A DNA stretch of 64,000 nucleotides, taken from the NCBI RefSeq assembly GCF_006345805.1, contig NC_043017.1:7378001-7442000 (forward strand). The letters are read 5' to 3'. Below are positions 1 to 13,260 of the stretch, in pieces. A program made the position numbers and the translations under genes. Within the stretch, counting starts at the first letter, position 1. Every line of letters begins with the position of its first letter. Below the pieces are notes generated by a model that was not told where the DNA came from, did no database searches, and saw only the letters and a program-made list of their open reading frames with translations. Source of the DNA: Octopus sinensis (lineage: Eukaryota).

Positions 1-250
1 ATATACTTGCAAGACATCTGAGTCGTTTGTAAATTTATGTGCTATTAAAATATATCTTCAAAGACATATTCCAGACAATATGTTGTTCAGTTTTAATTGT
101 AAATCTTGTCTTTCAGCCTCTCTGTAAGAGGTTTTGCTTTGTTTAGTCTTGTCTTGTTTGGTTCGGTTTGGTTTGAATTTCTTTTGAAATGAATAATTGT
201 GATTTTGCTACAGATCTAGCTCTGACTGGAGAAGCAGTGTCCATAGAATT

Positions 251-445
251 TTAACCTTTTAACATTCAGATTAACTTTGGAAAATGTGATGCTTATTTAT
301 TCACATTGTTTCGAATTAACCATGTATTGTTGTAACTTTATACTTTCAATAATGTGATTGTTTATTTTTAGAATGACATTGCAGGAAAGGTGTGAAAGGC
401 CTAATATGGCCAGGGAGAATATTTGGGACAGATATGGCCAGCATG
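251..445 (+). mobile_element. piggyBac-like MITE, family 2 (decayed)
   Basis: Starts TTAACCTTT. The body (cattcagatta...gcttatttattcacattg...tagaatgacattg...ggtgtga) recurs at ~15420-15566 and ~38330-38880. Confidence 0.5.
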
Positions 446-1446
446 GGAAAGTAGATGTTAAAACAATGATGATTTAGCTTCTCACATCAACTCTATGTCA
501 CAGCATTATCGTAATATAGCTGATTGAATTGACCCCTTTCCCCAATGTATGTCTGGTATTTATGCTCTGGTCTCCCAACCACCAATAAAAAAAAAAGCAT
601 GTCAAACATGGCAATGACCTCTCTTATACTAAAAAAAAACAAAAAAAAAATCTGAGGATTGACAGTAAATACCTTCAGTGTGTTTAATACAAGGAATTAT
701 CATTTCCGCCTCATTGCTACCAGAAAAAATTAATATAAATATCAATTACTCTTGTCCAAGATTAAAGGATTAAACCCTCACATCAGATATTAAACTTAAC
801 TTCCACAAGCCTTAAATTCTCAAAACTATATAATTAGTTTCTGAGAGTTGAGTTTCAAATTATGTTTAGGAATGCTCTGCAGGGGTGCAGGAACATTTGC
901 AACATGAGTGAACACACAACTAAATATTTATATTTAGCATCTTATTAGATTAATAACTCCACGGATTGATTGAGTAAATGTAGAGTTAATTTGTGGGCTA
1001 AAGAGGGCAGATAAAGTGACCGCTTTATGAGGAAGGTTGTCAGTCAAATTCATTCCTGGCTGAATACCATTCTGGTGTGCTTTATTCATTGTAGAAAAAG
1101 AAGAAAAAGAGTAGAAAAGAAAGAAAAAAAAAACATACAGGCACACTCTCTCACACACACACACAATACTGTAGACCAGAGGTTCTTAACAAGGGTAGTA
1201 CTGCTCCCAAGAGGGCCCTGAGCATGTCAAAGGGTACATTAGGGTTTAGTGGGCGGTGAGGGAACAATTTACTAAAGTGTACCTATAGTATATTATACAT
1301 GATAAAACTAGTAATGGTTATTAAAATAAAAGGGGATCTCATCAGACATAGGGAAATCATTGACCTGCAGTGTATAAAATAAATTTACAACTTTTGTCTT
1401 TATCAATTTTTTTTACCATTTCACTGTTAAAAGCTTATTCGATCCA

Positions 1447-1852
1447 TTTTTACTCTTTTACTCTTTTACTTGTTTCAGTCATTTGACTGTGGCCATGCTG
1501 GAGTACCACCTTTATTCAAGCAAATCGATCACAGCACTCATTCTTTGTAAGCCTAGTACTTATTCTATCGGACCCTTTTGCCGAACCGCTAAGTTACGGG
1601 GACGTAAACACACCAGCATTGGTTGTCAAGCGATGTTGGGGGGACAAATACAGACACAAACATATACACACACATACATACATAATATATATATATATAT
1701 ATATGGCGGGCTTCTTTCAGTTTCCGTCTACCAAATCCACTCACAAGGCTTTGGTTGGCCCGAGGCTATAGAAGATACATGACCAAGATACCACGCAGTG
1801 GGACTGAACCTGGAACCATGTGGTTGGAAAGCTAGCTACTTACCACACAGCC
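1447..1852 (-). mobile_element. tRNA-derived SINE family A (CORE-like), near full length
   Basis: Reverse complement of the 2157 copy: head GGCTGTGTGGTAAG...GGTTCAGTCCC, internal (TA/TG)n tract, tail GACTGAAACAAGTAAAAGAG. Confidence 0.85.
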
Positions 1853-2156
1853 TAGAGTAACATTTATAAAAATACCAACCAAGTTATGGTAGTTTAGTCA
1901 CGATACCTCACTTGCTCACGGAAGAATTGTTAGTCTCAGAAAAATTGCTTTGTAGCATGTCTTCCAACATTTTACGTTTTGAGCTCAAACCTTGCTGAGG
2001 TCAGCTTTGCCGTTCATCCGTCCAGGGTCAATCACATAAAGTACCACTCTAGTACTGGGATTGATAGAAATGATAACCCTGCCACCTCAAAAAATTGTTG
2101 ACTTTGTGTCTAAATTACAAAAACTGAAAGAAGCCTGTTGTATATATATATATACA

Positions 2157-2537
2157 GGCGTAGGAGTGGCTGTGTGGTAAGTAGCTTGCTTACCAACTAC
2201 ATGGCTCCGGGTTCAGTCCCACTGCGTGGCACCTTGGGTAAGTGTCTTCTACTATAGCCTCAAGCTGACTAAAACCATGTGAGTGGATTTGGTAGACGGA
2301 AACTGAAAGAAGCCCATCGTATATATGTATATTTGTGTGTCTGTGTTTGTCCCCCCAACATTGCTTGACAACCGATGCTGGTGTGTTTACGTCCCCGTAA
2401 CCTAGTGGTTTGGCAAAAGAGACTTAGAGAATAAGTTCTAGGCTTACAAAGAATAAGTCCTGAGGTTGATTTGCTTGACTAAAGTCCATACTCCAGCATG
2501 ACCACAGTCAAATGACTGAAACAAGTAAAAGAATAAA
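2157..2537 (+). mobile_element. tRNA-derived SINE family A, full length
   Basis: A-box-like TGGCTGTGTGG, B-box-like GGTTCAGTCCC, CORE-like GGCACCTTGGGTAAGT, tail ACAAGTAAAAGAATAAAG. About 20 related full or partial copies are visible in the window. Confidence 0.88.
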
Positions 2538-2742
2538 GGAATTGTTGTTGTTATAGATATGGCATTCCTTACAGCTCTTTATGTTCTGAATTCAGATGTC
2601 ACCAGAGTCAACTTTGCCTTTCGTCCTTTTGGGCTCCATAAAATTAATACCAGTTAAACACCTGGGGTTGATGTAATCAACTTGCTCCTTCCCCCAGAAT
2701 TCCTTATACTAACAGTAGAAAGGATTATCATCATCAGTATTA

Positions 2743-2777
<35 letters not shown>

Positions 2778-2778
<1 letters not shown>

Positions 2779-2975
2779 GCACGCTGGATGAAATGCTTAG
2801 CGGTATTTCACCCATCTTTACGTTCTGAGTTCAAATTCTGCCAAGGTTGACTTTACCTTTCATCCTTTCGAGGTCGATAAATTAAGTAGCAGTTGCGTAT
2901 TGGGGTTAGTCTAATCGACTGCTCCCCCGCCAAAAAAAACCAATTTCAGGCCTTGTGCCTATAGTAGAAAGGGTT
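2778..2975 (+). mobile_element. SINE family B (Nin/Deu-like domain)
   Basis: GAGTTCAAATTCTGCC followed by CTTTCATCCTTTCGAGGTCGATAAATTAAGTAGCAG, with (ATT)n flanks. Older copies at ~1905-2115 and ~2570-2725. Confidence 0.75.
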
Positions 2976-3119
2976 ATTATTGATTTCTTGTAAATATCAC
3001 CAAAGAGAGTAATTCATTTTAAAAGAGAAAGTAACGGAAATGAGGTGTTGTGGTGTTTATGCTTCGTCCAGTGAATTAACGAGCATATTAAAGTGCAGGA
3101 GATATTTAAACCAACTCAC

Positions 3120-3261
3120 AGGTCTTTGCTTATTTTTGCTGTACAATAGTTCGTTAATAATACAGGCATAATTAACTCCATTCATCAAGCGGTAATGAGA
3201 TAAGGAATTCAAATTTTTTGTATCAATAGCAGTAACAAGTTTGCTCTATATGGATGTATGC
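3120..3261 (-). other. candidate exon (5'UTR plus possible start MNGVNYACIINELLYSKNKQRP)
   Basis: Repeat-free segment bounded on the minus strand by acceptor ttcatatttgcacag and donor CCT|gtgagt. ATG at 3185 gives 22 codons ending in phase 0. No recognisable homology. Confidence 0.2.
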
Positions 3262-3279
3262 CTGTGCAAATATGAAGGT

Positions 3280-3631
3280 GTGTGTCTTTATGTGTATGTA
3301 TATATATATACATGTGTGTGTGTGTGTATGCAGCTAAGTGTATATATAAATATGTGTATTTGTGTGTGTGTGTGTATATATATATGTATGTGTGTATACA
3401 TGTTTGTATGTATGTGAATGTGTGTGTATACATCTTTGTATATATGTGTATAAATGTGTATGCATATATGTGTGTATATATATATATGTGTATGTATATA
3501 TGTGTCTATATATATATATATATGTATGTATGTATGTGTGTATACATGTTTGTGTATATATGTATATATGTGTGTGTGTGTGTGTGTTTCTGTGTATGTA
3601 TGCGTATATATATATGTATGTGTATATGTAT

Positions 3632-3677
<46 letters not shown>

Positions 3678-3739
3678 CTATATATATATGTGTGTATGTG
3701 CATATACATGTGTGAATATGAATAATGAATATGTGTGTG

Positions 3740-3808
<69 letters not shown>

Positions 3809-3845
3809 GTGTGTGTATATATGTATACACACACACATACACATG
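3280..3845. repeat. compound (TA)n/(TG)n microsatellite
   Basis: Directly visible; explains the Y/I/V/C/M-rich ORFs. Similar tracts at 27515-27900, 28650-29010, 32230-32500 and 40615-40890. Confidence 0.95.
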
Positions 3846-5340
3846 GCAATGAGTGCTTGTGTGTGTTTGCATTTGTTTGTCTTATCCTGTAGTACTCCTG
3901 TCTGTTAATAGATCTCTCCCACCATTCCATTATCCCCTTTTAATGTCACTTTCACTGAGACCACCCCTGATTCCTGTAAACAAAACACTCCATTTTAGAC
4001 TTCATATTTAAATAAATATCTCACCGTCATAATTTTTATATAAGAACCTTTTGTTTAGTTGTGTTATGTTCCAGATTCCGACTATGACTTTTTGTTTTTG
4101 GTACAAAGCCAGTAGTTTTAGGGAAGTACGTGAGCTGGTTACATCAACCCTGGCACTCAACTGGTTATTTTATCAACTGCAAAACAGATGAGAGGCAAAG
4201 CCAGCCTTGACAAAACTTGAACCCAGTATGTCATGAGTCACAAGAAATGCCACTGTGATCTTTTGTCTGTGTTAATAATTCTGTCAACTCACTGCATTTA
4301 TGATGATGATAATAATAATAATCATAACTTGAAGGGTTATTGGACAAATCGACCGGAGTACTTACATTTTTAAAGTCTGGTACTTATTCTATTGATTTCT
4401 TTTGCCAAACTGCTAAGTTACAGGGCTGTAAATGAACCAACAAAGGTTGACCAGCAGTGGGATGGGGTGACAGACAGAGATGCACACACACAAACACTCA
4501 TACATACCACATTCATATCTATGTATGTATGCATGTATGTGTATATATGTATTTATGTGTATATATGTATGTATGTATGTGTGTATATATATATATTATA
4601 TATACACACACACATACATACTGTGGGCTTCTATACAGTTTCCATCTTCTAAATTCACTTGCCAAGGTGCCATGCAGTAGGATTGAACTTGGAACCACAT
4701 CATTGCAAAGCAAGCTTCAACTCTTTAGAAACCAATCCACCCTAAACTGTCCCTGGTTCTGTGATGCAAACGTCTGTTTTGAAAATCATCATCATCATTG
4801 TCATTTAACATCCGCTTTCCATGCTGGCATGGGTTGGATGGTTTGACATGGAGCTGCCTAGCAGGGAGACATCCAGACCCTGTCTGTCTGTTGTGGCAGG
4901 GTTTCTATGGCTGGATGCCCTTCTTAAAGCCAATCACTTAACAAAGTGTTCTGGGTGCTTCCTATGTATCATCGACGCAGGTGCATTTCCACATCACTGG
5001 CACAGGTGCATTAACGCAGTACTAGCATGGGTGCTTTTTAAGTGGCACCAGTATCTAAAAGACACATCTGATCTGATTTTAAAATGTTCATCGAATTTTC
5101 ATCGTAATTTATGTTCTAAACCCAGGCTTAAGAACAACAAAACTATTTTACTAAGTTCTTCATTATTTCCAAAAGCAATTGAAACAAAACCAGAGAATTT
5201 CAACAGAAATATGGCAACAAAAAGGGTTAAATTAAAAACTCCCATCAAATTTTCAAATTAATTTATGATCCAAACCCCAGTTTAATAACAACAGTCATTT
5301 GTGTATGTGCTGTGTGTGTGTGTATGTCTGTATATTTCTG

Positions 5341-5525
5341 CACGCATTTTTTTTCTCTCCTTGTTTCTTTCCGTGTTTCTTTTCTGTGTATCTTTCTGTT
5401 GAAGAGCGTAGGCTCGAAACGTAAAAGACTTGTTTTATTTCTATTCCTGAGCGCCATACTAATACAATTGTTTGTTTGTACTCCACCTGCCTTCGTCTTT
5501 TGTTTATTTTCATAAAACTTCCCCC
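5341..5525 (+). mobile_element. short Penelope-like pLTR-derived element
   Basis: Lies between (TG)n and (TA/GATA)n tracts, contains a minimal hammerhead motif and ends in a T-rich tail. Confidence 0.55.
5391..5428 (+). ncRNA. minimal type-I hammerhead ribozyme motif (variant core CUGUUGA)
   Basis: TCTTT-CTGTTGA-A-GAGC-GTAG-GCTC-GAAA-C-GTA-AAAGA. Stem I is TCTTT/AAAGA, stem II is GAGC/GCTC, helix III is palindromic ACGT, and the cleavage triplet is GUA. Confidence 0.65.
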
Positions 5526-7404
5526 TATATATAGATAGATATAGATATCATTCTTTTACTTGTTTCAGTTATCTGGCTGTGGACATGCTGGAGCAGCACC
5601 TTTATTTGAACAAATCGATCCCAGGACTTATTCTATCATTCTCTTTTGTAGAAAACAAAGCAGTGTATTTCAACAAAAGTGTAGTAACGAAAAGGTTTAC
5701 CTAAAAATTAGGGGTTCACGTTATACATAAGAGCTAAATTTTATACATTTCCCCTCAGTCCTAAGTGCATAACTGCATTCGGGACAGCATGACCTGATGT
5801 AAGTTCTATTTATTGTTTAAGCTAACTGATGTCTAGTGAAGTGTTTAACTTGCTACAATAGTACCGTTACATTTTTTCTATGATAGTGAATATATATGAA
5901 ACATTCATTATATTTCATAAGTTTGCCCACATTTGAGATCAATACTTGACTAAATATAGCAAAGTTTTGCTCATCTATTGTTAATATGAAGTAATCGGAA
6001 AATAAAACTGACATTCAGAATATTGGAACAGTGGGCATTTTTTTGTTGTTGTTTTTTCTGTTGTTGTTAACTAGACAGAAATGTTTTACTATAAATAGAC
6101 ACTATTAATAGACATGGCTGTGTAGTTATGAAGCTTGTTTTGCAATCATGTGGTTTCAGGTTCAATCCCACTGCTTGGTACTTTGGGCAAGTGTCTTCTG
6201 TGGTAGCCCCAGGCTAACAAATGCTTTGTCAGTGGATCTGGTAGATTGATGCTGTGTGGAAACCTGTTGTGTATGTGTGTGTCTCTGTGTACATATGTAT
6301 TGTCTATGCCAGTGGGTGTAACCACCCCACTTATGAGTACCCCTCGTTCATTGGACAATAAATTGCAGCCCTTATTTGTTCTACATCCTTCTCAAGATTT
6401 ACCACCAGCATCATCATCATTTTATATTGGCCATCCCTGCTGGCATGGCCTGCATGCACGGATACTTGCTCATATGGCATGCAGTGGGATTGAACCTGGA
6501 GCCATGTAGTTAGTCAGGCTACAGCTTCTTTTACAGACATATAAAGAAATGCACACACACATATGCACACATTCGCACAGACATGCACACATCTAATGCT
6601 CACACAGCTGTATGCACAAACACAGTTACACAAACACTTTTCATGCACACACACACATTCACACAGACATGCACATACACATGCACACATTCACAGATAC
6701 ATACACATACATTCATGCACAGATGCACACACATGCCAACACACACACATGCACACACACACACACACACACATAATGCTCAAACAGCTGTATGCACAAA
6801 CACAGTTACACACACACACACACACACACACCACACACACACACACACACACAGACAACCACACACACACACACAGATTTATCAAAAGCAAAAAAAAGCA
6901 AAAACAAAAACAAAAACAAGCAGCAAGCAAGAATTCCCATTCAAATCCTTGTAATCATTTCTACATTTCTTTCCTTCTGCAAACCGTTTCTCTTTCGTCT
7001 TCCATTTTCTTTCCCTCCAAACCGAAAGTGGAACTAGTAAACTTTTAGTACACTTTCTCTACTGGTGCTGCGTTAAGTAGATTTCCTGTATTCATGATAC
7101 TACTTGCATCACTGACTATTTTACCGAAGAAGATGTTCTGTGTGTGTTTTTTGTTTGTTTGTTTGTTTGCTGGGGGGGGGGGGTGATGTGTGTGTGTGTG
7201 TTTTTTTTCTTTTTCTTTTTTTCTTTTTTCTACTGTATATGTTATTTTAAATATGTTTTCCTTGCTTAGTCTAATAATGCAGCAACCAACCCACCTGCTA
7301 CTGAAATTTATCAACAAAATATGGGAAAAGAAAACAACAGTGTGTGTGTGTGTGAGAGAGAGAGAGTATGACTGAATGTATTTTCACACACACACACACA
7401 CACG

Positions 7405-8050
7405 TTCTTTTATTCTTTACTTGTTTCAGTCATTTGATTGCGGCCACACTGGAGCACTGCCTTTTAGTCGAATGAATCGACCCCCAAAACTTATTCTTTG
7501 TAAACCTCGTACTTATTCTATCAGCCTCCTTTGCTGAACTGCTAAGTTACGGGGACGTAAACACACTAACATCGGTTCTCAAGCAATAGGTGGGGGATAA
7601 ACACAGACATACAAGCGCGCGCGCACACACACACACACATGTATCTATATATGACAGGCTTCTTTCAGTTTCCGTCTACCAAATCCACTTGCCCTGGCTG
7701 TGTGGTAAGAAGTTTACTTCTCAACCCCTTGATTCTGAGTTCAGTCTTGCTGTCTGACATTTTGGGCTCTAACCCTGGGCTGACCAAAGCCTTGTGAATG
7801 AATTTCATAACCAAAAGAAGCTGTCACATACATGTGTGTGTATGTGTGTAATTCTATGTATATATGTATGTATGATTCTGTTTGTGTGCACCTTTGTGTA
7901 TGTTTTCCACCACTATTTGACAAACAGTGTCGCTTTGTTTACATCCCGGTCACTTAGCAATTTGGCAAAGAGGGAACAATAGAATAAGTACCAAGTTCTA
8001 TAAATAAGTATTGGGGGTCATTTTTTCCCACTTAAACCCTTCAACATGGT
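7405..8050. mobile_element. two family A SINE copies in opposite orientation, abutting
   Basis: A minus copy (7405-7690) directly followed by a more decayed plus copy (~7695-8050). Confidence 0.75.
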
Positions 8051-9189
8051 TACATAAAGCGCTGGAAGAAACACTTCTAAGCATTTCTTAGTCCAATTTA
8101 TTAATAATTTTGTCATTCAACTGCCTTGTTTGTGTGTGTGTGTGTGTGTGTGGATATGGTAGTCTGATATGAAGTAGATTTGGTTCTTTTTTCTAACAAG
8201 TAAGATAGCTGCATGTAAGTAGGTTCACCCCCCCCCCCCCCTGCCCTCACTGCTGTTGAAAGGAACTCTGGTTGGCCAAAATTTACAAGTTATTGCCAAA
8301 AACAAGAACCGGATTAAGATGAGAACAGTTCAATGATTGGGAGGAGGAGGAGTATCAATATGTAAACATCTCCTCCTATTCCTCTCTCTCTCTCTTTCTC
8401 TCTCATTACCTCCCCACTTTATGTAGCTTACCATCCCTCCCCACTTTTCGGATCCACTTGAGACCAGTCGTAAGGTTCAACACTAAACACTTCAATCCTG
8501 CTTAACCTACCACGTTACAATGTTTGTTTAGGAAAAGAAAGAAAGGAAGAAAGAAAGGAATCTACTTCAAAATCACCTCCTTCAGTCCATCGCTTGGCTC
8601 TAGTCTCTTTCTACATTCACTGCAAAACTGCCAGATAAATCGGACTGATAACGGGCCTCCTCTGCTCCCCATGCCCTGCCCTGCCATAACCCCACCACCA
8701 CACCTTATTGACCCCACTTACCCATCAACTTCACTTCACTTGCTGTCACCACCACTACCACCACCACCACCACCATTTAGTGACAAAAGTCAACCAAGCA
8801 TTTACCAGATATTATACACTTAATTCTGTCATTCTTTTACACAGTTCAGTCATTTGATTGCGGCCATGCTGGAGCACCATCTTAAAGGGTTTCAGTCGAA
8901 GATCATGTTCTTTGAAATAATAAATTTCTTATCACACTGCCACACCTATGCCTTATATGCTAAATAAACTGAGTAACTGGCACTGTACCTCCTAGGACTC
9001 GAACATAGTAATGTGCAGGCCACTTACTATATATGATGATGATGATACCTCTTCTCCACCACCAGCTTTCTTTTTGCAACTGGGGTAGCCATGAATCTCT
9101 TCTATTGTAAGACACCAGTTCCAGTCCTTCTGTCATACTTTATCCCCTGGCATAAAGCCAGTTCCATTGATATTACACCCTCACTCAGT

Positions 9190-9435
9190 TGTAAGGTTGT
9201 GGGTTCGATATCTGGCAGTGCATTGTGTCCTTGAGCAAGACACTTTATTTCATGTTGCTGCAGTCCATTCAGCTGGCAAAGATGAGTAGTGCCTGTAATT
9301 CAAACGGTCAGACTTGGCACACTTTCTGTCCTGCTGAATCTCCTTGAGAACTACGTTAAGTTCATGGGTCAGCTGTTCCATTATTGATCGGGTCAATTGG
9401 TACCCTCGTTGTCATAACCGACAGAGTGCCAGTTA
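9190..9435 (+). mobile_element. tRNA-derived SINE family C (GTGTCCTTGAGCAAGACACTT domain)
   Basis: GGGTTCGATATC B-box, then GTGTCCTTGAGCAAGACACTTTATTTC. Relatives at ~35940-36110 and ~56240-56550. Confidence 0.65.
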
Positions 9436-9494
9436 GTCACAAGTCTGCCAATGTATTATTGCAATATAGCAGATGATATTGACTCTCTCAATAC

Positions 9495-9720
9495 ATTCCC
9501 TTAGCAGCAGACACAGACTCCCTTAGCAGATGACACAAACTCCCTTAATATGTTCCTTTAGCAGATGACACAAACTCCCTTAATACACTCCTTTAGCAGA
9601 TGACACAAACTCCCTTAACACCCTCTGTTAATGGATAACACAGATTTCTTAATACACAGCTGATGCCCTTAATACAATTTCCATAACATACTCCCTTAGT
9701 AGATGACACAGACCCCCTTA
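9495..9720. repeat. minisatellite, ~33-bp unit (TTAGCAGATGACACAAACTCCCTTAATA...)
   Basis: About 6 imperfect tandem units visible. Confidence 0.85.
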
Positions 9721-10881
9721 AAACTGTCCCTTGATCTCATTAAAATACAGTATTATTGGGTTTCTTACTATTTTATATGTCCTTTTAACTTTTAGGTCAA
9801 TATGCCCTTGAGAGTAACAATCTTTCACGATGACACAAAGTTCACAAAACTGCTGGAAGTGTGTGTGTATGTATGTGCACTTTGTGTGTGTGTGCATTTT
9901 GTGTGTGTGTGTGTGTGCATGTTTGTGAGAAGTGAGGGAGGTAAGTGGAGTGGGTGAGGTAATGTCTTATCATGTAAATGGTTTACATTACAAGGAATCC
10001 GATTAATCACTCCTCCTTCTCTTTGAGAGTAATCAGAGATGGGAATACAGATCTGCTGAGGTCATCGGTACTGACCCCTTCCTAATTTCACTATCTTATG
10101 ATTTAAAAAATTGATTAATCATGTCCTTAAGAGACACATTTACTTTGTAACTATCATGCGGTTTCAGGTTTGATTCTACTGCGCAGCACTGTGGGGGCCC
10201 AACACCTCAGGTTTGGCCAATGCTTTGTGGCTGGAATTTGGCTGACAAACATTGTGCAGACACTCATTTGTGTAACACACACACACACACATGTGCACAT
10301 ACTCTCTCTCTCTCACTCACACACACACACACACACACACACTGGATTCTCCCATTGATTTCAATGTATGGGGACCCATCAGCCAATATTATAGCCATTT
10401 AGTTCTGAGTTCGAATCCCGCTGAGGTTGACTTTGCCTTTTATCCTTTAGGGGTCAATAAAATAAGTACCAGTTGAGCACTGGGGTTGATGTAATCACCT
10501 TTCTCCCACCCCTGAAATTGCTGGCCTTGTGCTAATATGTGAAACCAATATCATAGCCATCAGATTTTCCACACACAGGATTTGTTTTCAGTGATGAAGC
10601 CTTGTGTGGGATCAGCCACACTTTTTGAAATCCTGATAACAGAAAGTTGGTGCCACAGACTCAATGAACAACCATGTCTCAGGCTTTTCAGTTTGAGTTT
10701 TCCATCTCCTGGGTTAGTTTCTTTCATCATAGCTCAACCCAGCTCAGTACCACGGTGAACACCACAGTCCAACCCGCCCTGACAGGTTAAATGTGCATAA
10801 ACACATACACACACACACGCCATGTATTTGGATGTTTGTTGACTCTTCTGAGCTCAGTCACTTTTATATATATTTACACAT

Positions 10882-11365
10882 TATCATCATCGTTTAACGT
10901 CTGCTTTCCATGCTAGCATGGGTTGGATGATTTTGACTGAGGGCTGGCGAACCAGATGGCTGCACCAGGCTCCAATCTTGATCTGGCAGAGTTTCTACAG
11001 CTGGATGTCCTTCCTAACGCCAACCATTCCGAGAGTGCAGTGGGTGCTTTTTTTTTGCCTGTCCTTCTAATTGTTGCTTCTCTTGTCTGCCTTTGTGTCA
11101 TCTATCTGTCCGAACGTTTTAATGCCCTCTATTGCATTTTTGTTCTATTTTTCTATTTGTATATATATATTTTCCATGCTGGCACAGGTTGGACTATTTT
11201 AAAAGAGCTGGCAAGCTGGAGGGCTGCACCAGCCTCCATTCTGGCATGGTTTCTCTATCTGGATGCCCTTCCTAACACCAACCACTTTACAGAGCGTACT
11301 GGGTGTGTGTTTTTTTTATGTGATAACAGCACTGGTGCTTTTTACACAATGCCAGCACGGGTGCA
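10882..11365 (-). mobile_element. two RTE-type 3'-tail fragments
   Basis: (CAT)n-CGTTTAACGTC...CCATGCTAGCATGGGTTGG...GGATGTCCTTCCTAACGCCAACC, the reverse complement of the tail at 27340-27513. A further copy lies at ~4785-5052. Confidence 0.75.
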
Positions 11366-11679
11366 ATGACTAAAGGACTAGGGTCAAAGTGTAATCAACA
11401 GAGACCATCAAAAGTGGCACCCCACTCTGTTCACATTCCTGTGATGACGACAGCCAATAAAACCAAGTATTTTCCAGAGTCTGGTTGTTTTCTTAGCTTT
11501 ATCAGCTTATCTATTGTAATAGATTTAATGTTATCAACAATATTTATATTACAATTATATTTGAAGTATTTAATCTATTTTAATAACACTACATCTCTAT
11601 AAAGTCATCTCCACAGATTGAGTGGATTATTAACCTAATCTGTTCGTGAGCCTGTTTACTTTCTTTCAATCAATCAATA

Positions 11680-11828
11680 TGTATCTATAGCCTTCTGTCT
11701 ATTTATCTGTCTGTCTGTCTATTTCTATGTCTATCTATCTATCTATCTATCTCTACCTATCTGTATCTACCTACCTATCTATATCTATATCTACCTATCT
11801 ACCTACCTATCTCTACCTGTCTGTCTAA

Positions 11829-11896
<68 letters not shown>

Positions 11897-13260
11897 TTGT
11901 TTGTCTATCTATCTGTCTGTCTGTCTATCTATCTATTTGTTTGTCTATCTATCTGTCTGTCTGTCTATCTATCTATCTATTTGTTTGTCTATCTATCTGT
12001 CTGTCTGTCTATCTATCTATGCATCTATCTATCTATCTATCTATCTATATCTGTCTTGTGCGACTCCATCACAACAAAGGCATTCTATAGAGGATTAGTG
12101 GAGGGGAGGTGCGACGACGAACTCGGGCAGAGTCTGGGCGTCGACGAGGAACACCTGACCCGCCTGTTCAGGACACTTTCGGGACGGGACCTATGAACAA
12201 TCACCAAAGATCCCTGGCCTGGCAGTGCTATCGAGAAGCATTACCTGTTCGGGATAAGCTCTACAGACACGGTTCCAGACACACTGGACCGACTTGCCCG
12301 AGATGCGGTCAGAGCGACGAAACCGTTCTGCACGCACTCGTGCAATGTCCAACCATTTCCGACCTGTGGGCTTATGCCGAACGGCTGCTGTCACGTGTGG
12401 GACGAATCCGCCTATCGGCCGAGTCTATCGTGAGAATTGCCCCGCCCCCTTCCCTCAACCGGGAAGGCAAGGCAGTTTTCATCGTACTGGTGGCCATGGT
12501 GAAAGAATGTGTGTGGTGGACTCGAGCGAAAGGATTAGAGACAAACACTTACCTCTCTGGCCATCGCTCATCAACTTTTTCAAGTACCACTTGAAAAGGA
12601 GGTGAGAATGGAGAGGGAAGTTTTGTCTCGCGAAAGATTCAAAAAAGATGGGTGAATGTTGCAAAGATGGTGCGTGCTAGTAACGAAACCATTTTGAGCA
12701 TGATCCTGTAGATCGTAAAAGAAAGAAAGAGAGCATTTTTGACCTCATGTGTTTATTTCCTCCTGACTGGTGTTCCCGTGGTCTTTTCTGTAGGCTTTTC
12801 TTCCCACGGATGACCCAATCTTGTTATATCAATGTTTACACCATTATTTCTGTGATACACACGATTTTCTTTTTTTTTTTTTCCTTTTTTTCCTCCCCTT
12901 GATCCCTTTTGATTGCAATCTTACATTTTTAATTTTTTTCCACACTCGAAAAGAAAAGCTCTGCATTTGTATTTGTCCCCTCTGTATTCAGCCCTGTGTG
13001 GCTAATAAAAGAAAGTTATCTATATCTGTCTATCTATGTATCTATATCTGTCTATCTATGCATCTATCTATCTATCTATCTATCTATATCTGTCTATCTA
13101 TCTATCTATCTATCTATATCTGTCTATCTATATCTATCTGTTTCTATCTATCTATCTATCTGTCTGTCTGTCTATCTATCTATGCATCTATCTATCTATC
13201 TATATCTGTCTATCTATCTATCTATCTGTCTGTCTGTCTGTCTGTCTGTCTGTCCATTCA
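11680..13260. repeat. (TCTA/TCTG)n tetranucleotide array interrupted by a LINE
   Basis: Directly visible on both sides of 12057-13016. Confidence 0.95.
12057..13016 (+). mobile_element. 5'-truncated Tx1/L1-clade LINE (ORF2 C-terminus, zf-RVT/CCHC region, plus 3'UTR)
   Basis: Translation ...SLAWQCYREALPVRDKLYRHG...CPRCGQSDETVLHALVQCP... (C-x2-C-x8-H-x4-C). Continues through frameshifts to TAG at 12709-12711, then a T-rich UTR and AATAAA at 13004. TATCTATATCTGTCT occurs on both sides (12042-12056 and 13017-13031). Confidence 0.85.

Noticed and set aside
3209-3930. Long overlapping ORFs of up to 198 aa (and similar ones at 6563-7048, 28506-29049, 39594-41368)
   Set aside because: They are translations of dinucleotide and tetranucleotide microsatellites.
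9495-9720. CRISPR-like periodicity (also the RTE hairpin modules)
   Set aside because: Eukaryotic context, non-unique spacers and no cas genes; it is an ordinary minisatellite.
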